From IMG/VR virus record IMGVR_UViG_3300022661_001261, positions 595-64,594 of that record: a stretch of 64,000 bases of DNA; one strand, 5' to 3'. Both the position numbers and the translations under genes were made by a program. Below, in pieces: positions 37,605 through 47,659 of this stretch. A model generated the notes under the pieces. The model saw only the letters and a list, made by a program, of their open reading frames with translations, did no database searches and had not been told where the DNA came from. Origin of the DNA: a virus (Duplodnaviria > Caudoviricetes). Positions within the stretch are counted from its first letter, which is position 1. The number at the start of each line of letters is the position of its first letter.

Positions 37605-39197
37605 TTAATCGCCGGACATCGGTATTTTGGGATAGAGGGTTAACTCGAAATCATCGGGAGCGTTATTCCAACGACCGTTTTTGGTTTTGAGATAGACAAC
37701 CTTTTCCAACACCTCTTTGAGCATATCGTTTTTTGCTTTTGGCGTTGGTAACTCGTCGTAGACTTCGAGCAGCCGCTCAACCTTTGGGATAATCTGTTTA
37801 CGACCCTCCTCGCGCGACTTGTCGGCGACGATGTCAGCACCGAGGGCCAAACGCTCCTCCTCATTCTTGGTTATACGCTCGGACAGAACGCGGGACCGTT
37901 CAAGGAACTGCTCTGTCGTATATATACCCTGTTCGAGGAGGTCGTGAGTATTATCTAACTGCTTTTTGAGGGTATTGTATTCAGAGGACAAACGCCGGAG
38001 GGCTTTCTCTTTCATAGCCACGACAGAGGCCGCTCGGCTTTCCTCTCCGCCTGTTTCCCATTGTAGGCGGTAATCGGATAGCCAATCAGAAAGAGCCTCC
38101 AAAATACGCCTCTCGACGAAATGCAGGGCGCAGCTGATGTTATCACAGGCGGTATCGGCACACATAAGGGTATCGGGATATTTGCCCGAATACGGCCGGC
38201 GGGACATACGGTGTCCGCATTTGGCACAAACAACAATACCCGCAAGAGGATTTTTTACCGTCCCACGTTCACCGACCGGGCGCGGAGGGTTGCTTGACAT
38301 TAACTCCTGCGCCGTGTTGAAAACATCAATATCGACAAGCGGAGGGTGAAGCCCCTCGGCGACGGTGCATTTCTCTATTGAATTTCGGGGACGCTCGACG
38401 ACGACACGCCCCTCCACCATTTTCTTGACATCGCACCTCCAATTCCAACGGACCTTACCAATATAGACCGGGTTTATAAGAATATCCCGAACCGTAGCAG
38501 TAGCCCAATGTTCGCTCTTGCGAGGCGGTATTTTAAGAGAATTGAGGCGGCGGACGATGAGCGACACACCGAGGCGGCGGAATGAGCCGTCGGGCTGTTC
38601 TTCGCCCCGCGTATATAAATCAAAAATCATACGAACGACATCAGCCTCCGCCGGGAACGGCTCTAATGTATAACCTTTGTCGCCTTTAATCTTTACGCGC
38701 TCGTAGCCGTAGGGCGACTGACTGCCGACATACTTGCCCTCTTTGACAGAGGCAAGGCGGCCGCGCTGTAAACGGCGGTTTATAGTCTTGTATTCGCGCC
38801 GGGACATAAACAGACCGAACTCGAAATATTCCTCGTCAAACTCGTTGTTTGGGTCATAGTCTTTTATAGGGGTTATGATTTTGGTATCGGAGAATTTGAA
38901 AGTCTGTGCGACTATTCCCTGGTCCACAGTATCGCCACGGGCAAGACGCTCGACCTCCATAACGAGAACACCGGTCCACACGCCCTGCTCGACCTCCGAG
39001 AGGAGTTGTTGCATAACGGGACGCGCAGCGATAGTTTCGCCCGAAACGATTTCACGGTATATTTGAGTAATATCCAAATGCCGACGCTTTGCGAGGTCAA
39101 GCAGAGTGTTTATATGGCGGGAGAGGGTTTCGCCCTCACCGCGAGCCTCCGCCTCTGCGTCAGCGCGGGATTTACGAACATATAGACAATATGGCAT
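37605..39197 (-). CDS. Large serine recombinase (integrase)
   Basis: YVRKSR catalytic Ser, EVERLARG, recombinase domain, Zn ribbon CAKCG...C..C; start set at MPYCLY from the ggagg RBS. Confidence 0.95.
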   Translation of the reverse strand: MPYCLYVRKSRADAEAEARGEGETLSRHINTLLDLAKRRHLDITQIYREIVSGETIAARPVMQQLLSEVEQGVWTGVLVMEVERLARGDTVDQGIVAQTFKFSDTKIITPIKDYDPNNEFDEEYFEFGLFMSRREYKTINRRLQRGRLASVKEGKYVGSQSPYGYERVKIKGDKGYTLEPFPAEADVVRMIFDLYTRGEEQPDGSFRRLGVSLIVRRLNSLKIPPRKSEHWATATVRDILINPVYIGKVRWNWRCDVKKMVEGRVVVERPRNSIEKCTVAEGLHPPLVDIDVFNTAQELMSSNPPRPVGERGTVKNPLAGIVVCAKCGHRMSRRPYSGKYPDTLMCADTACDNISCALHFVERRILEALSDWLSDYRLQWETGGEESRAASVVAMKEKALRRLSSEYNTLKKQLDNTHDLLEQGIYTTEQFLERSRVLSERITKNEEERLALGADIVADKSREEGRKQIIPKVERLLEVYDELPTPKAKNDMLKEVLEKVVYLKTKNGRWNNAPDDFELTLYPKIPMSGD

Positions 39198-39288
39198 AAA
39201 AGCACCTCCTAACAGAAAAACCGCCCCGCCCCGGAGGAGCGGAACGGCGGTCAATCCTTTTTGTAATATTCGCCCCAATCGACATAGA

Positions 39289-39891
39289 TTATGTTGCCTT
39301 CTTTTCGGAGAATGCGAGGTCGTCTTTTTTAACCTCAAACGCAGTATCTATGTCTGCTTGCAACAATTTATCAAGCAGAGCAGCAACATCATTTTTCAAA
39401 GTGTTCTGCAGGGCCATAAGGTTAGACAGGAGGAGCGGGTCGGTAACTTGTCCGTCGCAGCTGTCAACGGCTTTTCGGATTTCTGCGCGGTTTGATTGAA
39501 GAACGGAGAACAATTCGCCATAAAGAGCCAAACGCTCCTCGCTGTGTTTTACCATATCCTTATGTAGGAGGAGGTAAAAATCGTCGTATATTTTTGCCAC
39601 GCGCATACGGAGCAGGACGGGCAGAGCGTCGTAGTGCTTTTTGAAATTTATGGAGTCGTTTACAAAAACGACGTCGCTGTGGGTGCGACTATCCTCTACA
39701 CCGAGGAGGTAATCAACGGACACGCCGAAAAACTGCGCCAAAGAGCAAAGCATTTCGTAGTCCGGCTCTTTACCCTCTGTTTCGTACCCGGAAACGGTTG
39801 AACGGGTTTTATGGATAGCCTTTGCTAAATCCGCCTGTGTCATATCTCGCTCTTTACGGAGAGCGATGAGCCGTTGTGAAAAAATCTTCAT
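39289..39891 (-). CDS. CI-like XRE-family repressor
   Basis: RLIALRKERDMTQADLAKAIHKTRSTVSGYETEGKEP HTH; divergent from cro. Confidence 0.9.
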   Translation of the reverse strand: MKIFSQRLIALRKERDMTQADLAKAIHKTRSTVSGYETEGKEPDYEMLCSLAQFFGVSVDYLLGVEDSRTHSDVVFVNDSINFKKHYDALPVLLRMRVAKIYDDFYLLLHKDMVKHSEERLALYGELFSVLQSNRAEIRKAVDSCDGQVTDPLLLSNLMALQNTLKNDVAALLDKLLQADIDTAFEVKKDDLAFSEKKAT

Positions 39892-39932
39892 AAAGGAAAC
39901 CCACCTTTCAATCTTAATAATTATAGCACAAA

Positions 39933-40034
39933 TGCCCCGTTTTGTGTTCAAATGCCCCTAAAATCGGCAATTTGAAAAAATTTTTGAAAAATTTTCCGAA
40001 AAAACTTGACTTTGCCCCTAAAAGGGGCTATAAT
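39933..40034. promoter_or_regulatory. Lysis-lysogeny switch: three 17-bp operator-like sites and a rightward promoter
   Basis: TGCCCC-N5-(GGGGC/TCGGC) sites at 39933, 39953 and 40013; TTGACT-N17-TATAAT at 40006-40034; leftward extended -10 at 39920-39928. Confidence 0.75.
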
Positions 40035-40089
40035 ATAGTTACAGTCAGTCAAAACGACCCAAAACGAAACCCGAAAGGAGGAAAAACAA

Positions 40090-40308
40090 ATGCGAGTTAA
40101 ACTCGTCAAGCTGCGCGAGGGACGCGGCTACACACAGGAAACATTCTCAAAAGCCGTTGGTATTTCCCGCTCCCACTACTCGCAGATTGAAACGGGAGAG
40201 AAAGAGCCGTCCCTCAAAGTTGGTATGAAAATCAAGCGCGTTCTTGATTACCACTACGACGATATTTTTTTTAATCACAAATGCCCCGTTTCGGGACAAA
40301 AGAGATAA
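40090..40308 (+). CDS. Cro-like HTH regulator
   Basis: LREGRGYTQETFSKAVGISRSHYSQIETGEKEPS. Confidence 0.88.
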   Translation: MRVKLVKLREGRGYTQETFSKAVGISRSHYSQIETGEKEPSLKVGMKIKRVLDYHYDDIFFNHKCPVSGQKR

Positions 40309-40377
40309 AGCACGACACAGAAAGCGGCATATCTCTTTGCTACACCATTATTTTACTGCGAAAGGAGCGATAAATAA

Positions 40378-40869
40378 ATGCCTAAAACAGCGACGAAAGC
40401 CGCTAACAATGTCTTTTATAAAGCACGAATGGAGGCCTCATCGTGGAACGACTCTTTGAAATCGAGAGAGGGCGCAGCCGAAGAAACAGGCGTTGACCGC
40501 ACCCGACTCGCCTACATAGAACTCGGAACGATAAACCCCCACCCGGAGGAGGTGCTGATACTTTCGGAAACCTATAACGCCCCGGAACTTTGCAATCACT
40601 ACTGCTCAAAGATGTGTCCGCTCGGCGTTAAGACGGTAAACGAGGTGGAGGTACAGGAACTCGAAAAAATGGTGCTTCAACTGTTGTCTTCTTTTCAGAG
40701 CCTACCCGAAATCAAAGTGGAACTGATAAACATAGCGGCGGACGGAGTTATCGACGGGACGGAGAGGGACCGTATGGAGGATATTCTGCAAAGCCTTGAC
40801 CGAGCGGCAGACAAAATCCAAGCCCTCAAAATCTACTTTATGAAGCAATACGGTCATAGGACAAAGTAA
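40378..40869 (+). CDS. XRE/CII-like regulator
   Basis: SREGAAEETGVDRTRLAYIELG HTH; LCNHYC...CPLG. Confidence 0.7.
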   Translation: MPKTATKAANNVFYKARMEASSWNDSLKSREGAAEETGVDRTRLAYIELGTINPHPEEVLILSETYNAPELCNHYCSKMCPLGVKTVNEVEVQELEKMVLQLLSSFQSLPEIKVELINIAADGVIDGTERDRMEDILQSLDRAADKIQALKIYFMKQYGHRTK

Positions 40870-40900
40870 AACCCTAATAAAATCAAGAGGAGGTGTATGT

Positions 40901-41086
40901 ATGGTTGCAACAGGAAATGTGGTTAAGGATTTTAACATCGGAAAAACCCGCGTGAGGATTTGCGACGATTACTGTCGGGATAAAACAAAACAGGACATCG
41001 AAGAAATTTTACGGCGCATAGCCCGGAACGCAATAGGTCCTCTGACCGTTGCGGCCAACAGCAGTTATGAGCAAAAAAAGACTTGA
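40901..41086 (+). CDS. Small hypothetical protein
   Basis: ggaggtg RBS; RVRICDDYC. Confidence 0.6.
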   Translation: MVATGNVVKDFNIGKTRVRICDDYCRDKTKQDIEEILRRIARNAIGPLTVAANSSYEQKKT

Positions 41087-41756
41087 AAAAGAAAGAAACA
41101 GATTTCAAATCGCAGGGACGGTATTTTGGGCGTTTGTAATGGTGGTAGTGCTTATCATCGGATTTGCGGTGAACGCGGAGAGCCTTGACAAAGGGACCGT
41201 AGTAAAAGAACAGCAATTCTACATACAAGTTACCCCGGAGCAAACGACCGAAAACACAGGCAGAGCCGAAACCTCGTTTATACCTACGGCGACCGTCGTA
41301 GAAACAAAGACGGACAAGCCTATGCCTCTGTATTACGACATTCCGTTATCAGAGGAACTGCAAGACTACATTTTTTCAATCACAGCAGAATACGGCGTAC
41401 CGTGCGACGTTGTTATTTCAATCATCAACCGCGAAACCAATTACAGAGCCAATGCGACCGGGGCCGCAGGAGAGCGCGGATATATGCAGATACACCCTAT
41501 CAATTTTGAGTGGCTCACAGACGAACTCGGAATTACAGATTTTTACGACCCGGAACAAAACATTCTTTGCGGAGTGTATATGCTGTCCCGCCTCTATGAT
41601 AAATACGACACGACGACCGAGGTGCTGATGTGCTACAACTGCGGAGAAGCAGGAGCAAAAAGGTTATGGGCGCAGGGCGTTACATCGACCGAATATTCGA
41701 GAGCGATTACAGACTACGCCGAAACACTTGAATTTACAGGAGGTAATTTTCAATGA
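41067..41756 (+). CDS. Membrane-anchored lytic transglycosylase (SLT domain)
   Basis: N-terminal TM; IINRETNY (catalytic Glu), GYMQI, DPEQNILCGVYML, CYNCG. Confidence 0.82.
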   Translation: MSKKRLEKERNRFQIAGTVFWAFVMVVVLIIGFAVNAESLDKGTVVKEQQFYIQVTPEQTTENTGRAETSFIPTATVVETKTDKPMPLYYDIPLSEELQDYIFSITAEYGVPCDVVISIINRETNYRANATGAAGERGYMQIHPINFEWLTDELGITDFYDPEQNILCGVYMLSRLYDKYDTTTEVLMCYNCGEAGAKRLWAQGVTSTEYSRAITDYAETLEFTGGNFQ

Positions 41757-41965
41757 AATTGACGGACAGGCTTATTTTATTCGCCTTTATGATTTTGGCG
41801 GGCGTGTTGGTAGGAGGAGTTGTGGCGGCGGTTTTGATACCGCTCTGTTACTCACAAAGAGGACACTTCGCCATTGGGTCGGAGTGGTTTATGATTATCA
41901 CGGCAGCCTACGCGGGTTACTCCGCGTTCAATAAATTTTTATTCGACAAAGCGGAAAGGAGTTAG
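41753..41965 (+). CDS. Small two-TM membrane protein
   Basis: Two hydrophobic segments; ATGA overlap. Confidence 0.6.
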   Translation: MKLTDRLILFAFMILAGVLVGGVVAAVLIPLCYSQRGHFAIGSEWFMIITAAYAGYSAFNKFLFDKAERS

Positions 41966-41967
41966 AT

Positions 41968-42156
41968 ATGGCTTATTGGCACGAATGTCCCGAATGCGGT
42001 GGCAGCCTCGACCCCGGCGAAACTTGTGATTGCCAAAGAGAGGCAAAGGAGGTGAAAAGGAATGCAGACAGCAACAGCGATATTCCCTCCCTCGGAGGTA
42101 TTAAAAGAAAGCGTGGAGGAACTGTTATCCGTGTCCTTGTCGGACAGCGAGTATGA
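41968..42156 (+). CDS. Small Zn-ribbon protein
   Basis: HECPECGGSLDPGETCDC; ggag RBS. Confidence 0.55.
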   Translation: MAYWHECPECGGSLDPGETCDCQREAKEVKRNADSNSDIPSLGGIKRKRGGTVIRVLVGQRV

Positions 42157-42358
42157 GGAGGCAGAAACCTCGGCAAAAAGAAAACTCGCCCGAATAATCG
42201 AGCGAGAGGGCGACGCGGACGGAGAGAGGCTGAAACCGTATTACCTCGTCCAACTTATTAAAGAGGCGATTACCGCAGAGCGGTTTTCCCTGTACTGTTA
42301 CTTGAAAACATTAGAGAAAAAAGAAATGCCCGCAGCCAAAGCCGCAGGGCAAATCTAA
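42062..42358 (+). CDS. Hypothetical protein
   Basis: ggaggtg RBS; EREGDADGERLKPYY. Confidence 0.6.
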   Translation: MQTATAIFPPSEVLKESVEELLSVSLSDSEYEEAETSAKRKLARIIEREGDADGERLKPYYLVQLIKEAITAERFSLYCYLKTLEKKEMPAAKAAGQI

Positions 42359-42399
42359 ATCCGTATCTCTATTGTATAACAAACTTTTATGAAATGCAA
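42317..42399 (-). ncRNA. Putative short antisense RNA 3 with its promoter
   Basis: Minus-strand TTGCAT-N17-TACAAT (42399-42371); hairpin 42327-42351 followed by tttctttttt on the minus strand. Confidence 0.45.
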
Positions 42400-42414
42400 T
42401 AGGAGGTTGCAAAA

Positions 42415-43395
42415 ATGTCAAAAAATAATTCGTTAGTTATTACAAATCAATACCCGGCGGACAAATACAATCTGCTTGTGTCTATGCAGACCGTGGCAGA
42501 AATCGCCGAAATTCACAAGCCCGTAATGAATGTGGTTTACATCAGCACGGACCTCAACGACAAAGAAATCTATTTGCAGGAGAAAGGCTACAAGGACAAC
42601 CCTGCAAAGTACGCAATCACCAAAAAAGGCCTTACAAAACTGATGAGAGCGGCAGGAATTAAAATCATTTCCTCCCGCCCGGTCGTTCCCTCGACTTGTC
42701 AGAAATGCGCCCAAATCAACGCAGGAATTGGAAAGCCTGTTCGCTGTGGTGCTTGTCCCAACAAAGACGTCAAGTATGAGGTGCGTATCAGCGTACCGCA
42801 GCTTACGGGCGAAAATATTGATGTCGTAGCCCATAAGGAAATCATCGTGGACGACGTGGTACAGGGTATGAGCGACGCACAGGCCCGTGAATTCCTCAAA
42901 TTCAGAGCCGAAATGTGCGAGAGCAAGGCCCTCAACAGAGCATTGAGAACAGCAATGCAAATCAAGGGGACCTACTTCCTCGAAGAATTCAAAAAGCCGT
43001 TTGTTGTTGCTTACCTCGTGCCTAACCTTGACAACCCGACCGTAAAGGAAAAGGCGGTAGAGAGTTTCTTCACAGCGAAAGCGGAACTCTACGGCGGAAA
43101 CAACAACGAGTCCGCACGAAAGACCGTTTATGTTGCGGAAGACCCGGAGGAGGACGACGCAGGAGCATACGAAGCGGTGCAGACCCCTATCGAGGGACAT
43201 CAGACACGCGCAGAACTCCCTCCCGCAACAAATAACACCGCCCCGGCTCGTCAGCAGGACAACGGACCGGCAGACCCTAACATCTGTACCGACTGCGGAG
43301 CAAAGATTTCAAACGGAGTTTCTGACTACTCCATTGAGAACTTCGGCACACCCCTTTGTATGAACTGTCAGAGAAAGAGGGGTAATCAGCAATGA
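42415..43395 (+). CDS. Putative ssDNA-annealing / recombination protein with C-terminal Zn ribbon
   Basis: ESKALNRALR motif; C-terminal CTDCG...LCMNCQ; upstream of the SbcCD-like gene. Confidence 0.5.
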   Translation: MSKNNSLVITNQYPADKYNLLVSMQTVAEIAEIHKPVMNVVYISTDLNDKEIYLQEKGYKDNPAKYAITKKGLTKLMRAAGIKIISSRPVVPSTCQKCAQINAGIGKPVRCGACPNKDVKYEVRISVPQLTGENIDVVAHKEIIVDDVVQGMSDAQAREFLKFRAEMCESKALNRALRTAMQIKGTYFLEEFKKPFVVAYLVPNLDNPTVKEKAVESFFTAKAELYGGNNNESARKTVYVAEDPEEDDAGAYEAVQTPIEGHQTRAELPPATNNTAPARQQDNGPADPNICTDCGAKISNGVSDYSIENFGTPLCMNCQRKRGNQQ

Positions 43396-43763
43396 CAAGT
43401 ATTTTGACACAGGACAGAAAGAACATCATCAGCGCGGAGGCGTTGGAACGCATTAGCGTAGACGGCGCGGAGGTTTACGCGCACACCCTCGGCGGAGCGG
43501 TTATCACTATCGGAAAATACGAAAAGGCGGAAAGCCTGTCAAAGGTTATGACCTATATCGCATTTTCCCTTGCCTCCTCCACCGACAAGGGAGGCAAGAC
43601 AATCGTAATGCCCTCGGAGAATGTTGTGCTGAACGATAAGGCTATCGCCGAGAGTTACATCAAGGCGATGTTGGAAAAGAAACAGCAGGGACAGGCTACG
43701 GTAGACCTTTCCCCCGAACTAAAAGAATTTTTGGAGAAAATGAAAGGAGGCGACAGCAAATGA
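43392..43763 (+). CDS. Hypothetical protein
   Basis: ATGA overlaps at both ends. Confidence 0.6.
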   Translation: MTSILTQDRKNIISAEALERISVDGAEVYAHTLGGAVITIGKYEKAESLSKVMTYIAFSLASSTDKGGKTIVMPSENVVLNDKAIAESYIKAMLEKKQQGQATVDLSPELKEFLEKMKGGDSK

Positions 43764-46700
43764 AGATACTGCACACGGGCGATTGGCACATCGGAAACTA
43801 CCCCGGCCCGGAACGCAACGGCGAAAACGTGCGATTTCTTGATATTTGCCGTTGCCTCGACGCGCTTGTGGAGAAAGCGGAGGCGGAACTGCCGGACATC
43901 GTCGTAATTGCGGGTGATGTATTTCACCAAGCAAAGGTATGGAGCGACAGAGGCCTCCGAGAAAACAAGACCGCAACACACTATATTCGCCGCCTCAAAA
44001 ATGTATGCCCGGTCGTTGTTGTTAGAGGCACTCCAAACCACGACTCGGAACAGCAGTTTGAGTTACTCAAAAACACCTTTGAGGGCGACGGTGCAGTACA
44101 CATCATTACCGAGCCTACGGTAGTAAAGACATTCACGGGCCGACAGGGTTGGGTACAGATTGCGGGACTGCCCGGATTTGACAGAGGCGTGTACCGTGCA
44201 AAGCACCCCGGACTCTCCAAGGAGGAGGAAAACGAGGTATTCACCGAGGAACTCGCAAACATCATTCTCGGATTGAAAGCACAATGCGACGCAGACGCAC
44301 CGACGGTATTTGTATCTCACTTTACTATCCCCGGTTGCAATATGGAGAGCGGACAGACACAATTTTTCTCACAGTTTGAGCCTGTGATTTACCCCGCCTC
44401 CCTCGCAGCTGCGGACTTTGACCTCAACTGCTTCGGACATATCCACAGACCGCAGAAAATCGAGGACGCAAAGAACACATTTTACTGCGGTGCGGTATCG
44501 GCGATGAACTTCAATGACGAGGAGCAGGAACGCGGATTTTATATTCACGACATCGACCTCCACGACAAAGCCGTACACAGCGAATTCCACGCCCTGCCTA
44601 CGAGAGAGTTTAGAACGCTTTATTTCCAAGACGGAGATATTGCAGACTTTATCGAAACAGGCACACCCCGTATTGGACCTAACTACGAAAACAAAATCGT
44701 CAGAGTGCTTTACAACTGCACCGACGACCACAACAAAGCATTTAACAAAGCCGCCCTCGAACAATTCTTATATGCAAACGGCGCATTTTGGGTACAGGAA
44801 ATTACCCCGCAGAAAATCACCGTTACGGTCAATAAGGATAGCCTTTCGGACGAAAGCGGCCCGGAGGAAAACCTCCGTCAGTATTTCGAGGAAAAGGGCT
44901 ACGCCCCGGAGCGTATCGCAGAGATTATCGAGGCAGCCCGCCCGATTATTTCGGAGGCTACCGAAAAGACGCAGAGCGGCGGAAAGAACGGCGTATTTAC
45001 CCCGGTGAGAATTGAGGTAAAGAACTACCGTAATTACCGCGATGAGGCTTTTGACTATGACGGTATTCGCTTCTGCACTATCAACGGAGAGAACGGCGCA
45101 GGAAAATCAAGCCTGTTTATGGACGCTATGCTCGACGCTCTGTTTGAGGAGCCGCGCGAGGGCGACCTCACGGGTTGGATTTGCAACGACCCGGAAATCC
45201 GAAGCGGGTCAATTCAGTTTACATTCAACATCGGCGAAAGCACCTACCGCGTAACCCGCACCCGCACAAAGAGCGGCAAAGCAACCCTCAATATTTCGGA
45301 ACTCGTCGAGGGCGAATGGCAGGACCGTTCCGCAGAGCGATACAAGGACACACAGGCGATTATCAGCGACACTATCGGAATGGATAGCCTCACGTTTAAG
45401 GCGTGTGCGTTGATTATGCAGGACCAATACGGGCTGTTCTTACAGGCGGACAAAGAGGCGCGAATGAACATTCTCGGCAATATACTCGGCTTGGGTATCT
45501 ACGAGAGAATGGAAGACCTCGCAGCCGACTCCCTTACCCGCAGAAACAGAGAAATCCGACTCTTGCAGGATAAGGTAACGGACATCACCGCAAAACTGCC
45601 CGACGAAGCAGAACTCTCCGACGCAATCGTAGAAGCACAAACCACCCTCACGGAGTTGCAGGGACAGGCGGACGCAAAGGCGGCGGAGGTAGATAGCACA
45701 AAAGTACGCCTCAATACAAAATTACAGGCCGCACAGAGAGCCGTCAGAATTCAGACCAATATTGCAACGCTTACCACAAAGAAAATGACGGCGACCACAA
45801 ATAAGACTACGCAGACCCTTATTATCAACGGAGCGACAGCGACATTGAGTGAGGAGGCGGCTATCAAGGCCGGCGTAGCGGAATACGAAGCCTTGCTCGA
45901 ACAGGAAAAGACCCTTATTTCTGCAAGGGACCGCAGGGACGACCTCGTAGCACAAAGAGGAAAACTCACGACAGAGGTTATGAATATCTCGGCGGAAATG
46001 GAAAAGGCAAAGGCGGACGAAGCGAACGCGAGAGCCTCCCTCGCAGAGGCGGAGGCGACCCTCGGCGACGAGGCTGTGTTGACAGCGAAACACGCCGAAT
46101 ACACCGCAAAACTCGCAGAGGTCAGAGAAATGGAGTCGGATATGGCTGAATATCAGACTGCAAAACAGGCTGAATTCAAGGCAAACTCCGAACTATCCTC
46201 CCTCGGCGTAAAAATCGAGAGCGAAAAGGAACGCAGACAGGCGGAAATCGACGGTCTGTTGAGAAGCGTCAGCCTACTCGATAACAGCGGTTGCCCTCAC
46301 ATCGAAACAGCCTCTTGCAGATTTTTAGCGGAGGCGTTGAGAGCCAAAGAAGCACTACCCGGAAAACAGGCAGAGTTGGAGGCCTATGAGGTAGAAGCCT
46401 CACGAATGCTCACAGAGGCGCAGGAGCGCGTCGCTTTGGCAGCGGAGGCGGTAAAGGCTAACAAGTATACCCCCGAAAGAATGACGGCTCTACGAGGCGA
46501 TTTAGAGGCTTTGAGAGCATACGAAGAAAAGTACGCCTCCCTCGACCGCGTAAAGGAAAGGGCGGAAATGCTAAAAATGCAGATAGAGGGCCTCGTAAAG
46601 AAACAGGCAGACCTCTTTGAGAAACTGAAAGCGGTAGAAGCGGAGCGCGACAGCGTGTGCGACAAACTTACCGCAGCCCAAACCGCCGCAGAGGGCTACG

Positions 46701-47599
46701 ACCTACTTGCAGTACAAATCCGAAACGCCCGTGTTTGGGTAGATAAGGAAAAGGAACTGCCGGCCGCCCGTGAACGACTCGCAACGGCGCAGGGACGCGT
46801 AGAAGAACTCGACGCTGAAATTGCACAGTTGGAGGCGGAAATCGCAGAGAAGCAAGAGGAACACGCTCTCGAAAAGGCGACCTCCGAGGGAGCAGCTGAC
46901 CTCGAAAGAATTGTCAGAGAAGCAGACGCTATTATTTCCGCCCTGCAGGAGCAAATCAAGCAGACCTCTATGAGGCTCGGAGCGTTGCAGAAACAGCAGG
47001 AAAACGCTACGGCGGACAGAGCGACCGTCAAGGAACTGTTGGAACAGACGGAAAGCCTCGGCAAACTCGCAGCCATTGACGAAGACCTCAAAAAGGCGTT
47101 CTCGCAGGACGGTATTCCTCACAACGTTATCCGCTCTCTTATCCCTATTTTCGAGGCGACCGCAACGGGTATTCTCGGACAAATGAGCGGAGGCAAAATG
47201 AGCGTCGAATTTGTTACAGAAAAAGTCCTAAAATCCAATAACAAGAAAGAGGTAACGACCCTTGACATCATCATTAACGACACGACCACGGGCAGACTGC
47301 CGTATATGAGCAGGAGCGGTGGCGAAAGAGTCAAGGCAGCCCTTTCGGTTATTCTCGCCCTTTCGGAAATCAAGAGTACGAAAGCCGGAGTGCAACTCGG
47401 CTTCTTGTTTATCGACGAGCCTCCGTTCCTCGATACACAGGGCGTACAGGCTTACTGCGACGCACTCGAAGCAATACAGAGCCGATACAGCACATTAAAG
47501 ATTATGGCTATTACTCACGACCCTACGATGAAATCAAGATTTCCGCAGAGTGTTGACGTTGTAAAGACGGCAGAGGGTAGCAAAGTGATTTATCAATAA
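43760..47599 (+). CDS. Fused SbcD (Mre11-like nuclease)-SbcC (Rad50/SMC-like ATPase)
   Basis: HTGDWHIG, GDVFH, GTPNHD and GHIH metallophosphoesterase motifs, then GENGAGKS Walker A, long coiled coil, SGGE signature, FIDEP Walker B, ITHD, all in one ORF. Confidence 0.9.
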   Translation: MKILHTGDWHIGNYPGPERNGENVRFLDICRCLDALVEKAEAELPDIVVIAGDVFHQAKVWSDRGLRENKTATHYIRRLKNVCPVVVVRGTPNHDSEQQFELLKNTFEGDGAVHIITEPTVVKTFTGRQGWVQIAGLPGFDRGVYRAKHPGLSKEEENEVFTEELANIILGLKAQCDADAPTVFVSHFTIPGCNMESGQTQFFSQFEPVIYPASLAAADFDLNCFGHIHRPQKIEDAKNTFYCGAVSAMNFNDEEQERGFYIHDIDLHDKAVHSEFHALPTREFRTLYFQDGDIADFIETGTPRIGPNYENKIVRVLYNCTDDHNKAFNKAALEQFLYANGAFWVQEITPQKITVTVNKDSLSDESGPEENLRQYFEEKGYAPERIAEIIEAARPIISEATEKTQSGGKNGVFTPVRIEVKNYRNYRDEAFDYDGIRFCTINGENGAGKSSLFMDAMLDALFEEPREGDLTGWICNDPEIRSGSIQFTFNIGESTYRVTRTRTKSGKATLNISELVEGEWQDRSAERYKDTQAIISDTIGMDSLTFKACALIMQDQYGLFLQADKEARMNILGNILGLGIYERMEDLAADSLTRRNREIRLLQDKVTDITAKLPDEAELSDAIVEAQTTLTELQGQADAKAAEVDSTKVRLNTKLQAAQRAVRIQTNIATLTTKKMTATTNKTTQTLIINGATATLSEEAAIKAGVAEYEALLEQEKTLISARDRRDDLVAQRGKLTTEVMNISAEMEKAKADEANARASLAEAEATLGDEAVLTAKHAEYTAKLAEVREMESDMAEYQTAKQAEFKANSELSSLGVKIESEKERRQAEIDGLLRSVSLLDNSGCPHIETASCRFLAEALRAKEALPGKQAELEAYEVEASRMLTEAQERVALAAEAVKANKYTPERMTALRGDLEALRAYEEKYASLDRVKERAEMLKMQIEGLVKKQADLFEKLKAVEAERDSVCDKLTAAQTAAEGYDLLAVQIRNARVWVDKEKELPAARERLATAQGRVEELDAEIAQLEAEIAEKQEEHALEKATSEGAADLERIVREADAIISALQEQIKQTSMRLGALQKQQENATADRATVKELLEQTESLGKLAAIDEDLKKAFSQDGIPHNVIRSLIPIFEATATGILGQMSGGKMSVEFVTEKVLKSNNKKEVTTLDIIINDTTTGRLPYMSRSGGERVKAALSVILALSEIKSTKAGVQLGFLFIDEPPFLDTQGVQAYCDALEAIQSRYSTLKIMAITHDPTMKSRFPQSVDVVKTAEGSKVIYQ

Positions 47600-47659
47600 G
47601 AACGGTCCGCCGGGGAGCGTCCCTCCCCGGCTCCACCGAGATACAGGAGGTGAAAACCT

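Noticed and set aside
40299-40378. Fourth antisense RNA unit after cro (inverted repeat aaagagata/tatctcttt)
   Set aside because: Hairpin present, but no convincing -35/-10 pair on the minus strand
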